A program made the translations under genes and the position numbers. This document shows, in pieces, positions 24,137 to 24,893 of a stretch of 24,893 nt of DNA. The notes beneath the pieces are model-generated. The model searched no databases. It saw nothing but the letters and a program-made list of their open reading frames with translations, and was not told where the DNA came from. Source of the DNA: a virus. Positions within the stretch are counted from its first letter, which is position 1. Every line of letters begins with the position of its first letter. Location: the IMG/VR virus record IMGVR_UViG_2974665388_000001, positions 1 to 24,893 of that record. The stretch is one strand, 5' to 3'.

Positions 24137-24398
24137 AGAGCTAAAACAGAGAATTATGAAGGTCTTGCAGAACGGGAGCAAGACTCTTGTCGAGGTTCAT
24201 TTTTTAGTTGAGAAGACTGGCTTCGTTGTTTCTTACAGGCGTCTCAAGCTGGTTGTTGACGAGATGGTTCAATCTGGGCTTATAGAAAAAATGAGGGACG
24301 GAAAAAAGGTAAAGTATAAGATAAAAGAAGGGCAGCATAAGATATGGCTCGAATACCCCTGGAGAGGTGAGGAAGAGTGGGCAAGTATGCGACTCTAA
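24093..24398 (+). CDS. ArsR-like winged-helix protein
   Basis: RIMKVLQNGSKTLVEV...LVVDEMVQSGLIEKMRDGKKVKYKI. Confidence 0.8.
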   Translation: MGLKLEPAVTAASDEELKQRIMKVLQNGSKTLVEVHFLVEKTGFVVSYRRLKLVVDEMVQSGLIEKMRDGKKVKYKIKEGQHKIWLEYPWRGEEEWASMRL

Positions 24399-24577
24399 CA
24401 CAGGACCTTCCCGAGGAGTACAGGAAGGCTCACCCCATATGTGTGGCTAGTAAAGTGGCCAAAATGGGCTACGAGCCTGCAAGGGCTCCTAGGGACGTGA
24501 GGCAGAGAGCAGCCGAGGAGTGTATAAGGGAGGGCAAGCTGCACGGCATAGTGAAGCTGCTAAGCCCCTCGGTTTGA
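24377..24577 (+). CDS. 66-aa His/Cys protein, stand-alone paralog of the N-terminal domain of 3741-4526
   Basis: TQDLPEEYRKAHPICV...AAEECIREGKLHGIVKL aligns with TADLPYPYKYAHWLCV...AARQCLAEGKTIGIVNL. Confidence 0.8.
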   Translation: MGKYATLTQDLPEEYRKAHPICVASKVAKMGYEPARAPRDVRQRAAEECIREGKLHGIVKLLSPSV

Positions 24578-24582
24578 AGGCC

Positions 24583-24804
24583 CTAGAACCTATACCTCCT
24601 AATTATTTTTTCAATGTCGCTTACACTGAACTTCTTCTTCTTGTTTGACATCAAATACTGAATTTGAAGGAATCTCAGTACTCTTACAACCTTTCCAATT
24701 GGATGCTTTAAGAGGATATCTGTCATCTTGTCTGCATCATCCTCTCCCAACCCTAGCTCGATGAGAGTCCTTCTTATCATATCTCTGAATTCTTTCCGCT
24801 CCAC
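24583..24804 (-). CDS. Only antisense gene; 73-aa basic helical protein
   Basis: GTG start with SD GGTAGGTGA on the - strand; lies in a gap with no + strand ORF; converges on the 24377 gene. Confidence 0.8.
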   Translation of the reverse strand: MERKEFRDMIRRTLIELGLGEDDADKMTDILLKHPIGKVVRVLRFLQIQYLMSNKKKKFSVSDIEKIIRRYRF

Positions 24805-24849
24805 ATTATCACCTACCTGTAAAGTTGTTGGCTACTGCTAATTTGGGTT

Positions 24850-24893
24850 TCCCAGTCTCTCCCAGTCTCCCCCATTAATTCATATTCACCTAA
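24850..24893. repeat. Tandem TCCCAGTCTC x2 (24850-24869) and left arm of a hairpin that closes across the circular junction with nt 2-14
   Basis: CCCAGTC[T]CCCCCA (24861-24874) pairs with TGGGGGGACTGGG (2-14): 13 Watson-Crick pairs, one bulge, 20-nt AT-rich loop. Confidence 0.75.

Larger units (their letters stand above)
1..24893 (+). mobile_element. Complete circular archaeal virus genome, probably Aeropyrum coil-shaped virus (Spiraviridae, ssDNA)
   Basis: Unidirectional dense genes, archaeal SD and TATA signals, and a hairpin whose arms lie on both sides of the end/start junction. Length and gene set match my recollection of ACV; not verified by search. Confidence 0.85.

Noticed and set aside
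1370-24401. The many - strand ORFs in the track other than 24583-24804
   Set aside because: They lie antisense to well-supported + strand genes, have S/L/P-rich shadow composition and lack SD sites.
24875-24893. Canonical CRESS-DNA nonanucleotide origin
   Set aside because: The loop sequence does not match NANTATTAC exactly and no HUH Rep is visible; retained only as a loose resemblance.
1-24893. tRNA, rRNA, IS elements, split integrase or attP in a tRNA
   Set aside because: None recognised by eye; tRNAscan-SE and BLASTn against the host would be needed to exclude them formally.

Overview
This reads as a complete circular genome of a hyperthermophilic crenarchaeal virus. Genes are densely packed, with GGTGA/GGAGG Shine-Dalgarno sites, BRE-TATA-like promoters and frequent ATGA/GTGA/TTGA/TAATG coupling. 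Every credible gene but one (24583-24804) is on the + strand. From memory and not from a database search, the length (24,893 nt) and gene set (trypsin-like protease, two thioredoxin-fold proteins, two GT4 glycosyltransferases, GDP-mannose 4,6-dehydratase, tyrosine recombinase, several RHH/wHTH proteins, one antisense ORF) match Aeropyrum coil-shaped virus (ACV, Spiraviridae, circular ssDNA). I saw no HUH Rep, polymerase, primase or Walker-A ATPase. Main observations beyond that gene set: (1) a 407-aa protein that threads by eye as two fused, degenerate PCNA units; (2) a perfect 10-8-10 palindrome (GTTTTGGCAC-N8-GTGCCAAAAC) in the large non-coding region, whose arms recur around the recombinase promoter; (3) 23-nt-period iteron-like repeats and a GC hairpin spanning the circular junction; (4) three tandem Pol-beta-superfamily (AbiEii/MenT-like) nucleotidyltransferases behind the sugar genes; (5) a family of small MASP-D-L membrane peptides with inovirus-coat-like architecture; (6) an internally permuted trypsin-like protease; (7) several paralog pairs, small ORFs missed by the track, and probable homopolymer frameshifts. 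All protein assignments are by-eye motif recognition and need HMM or structure confirmation.
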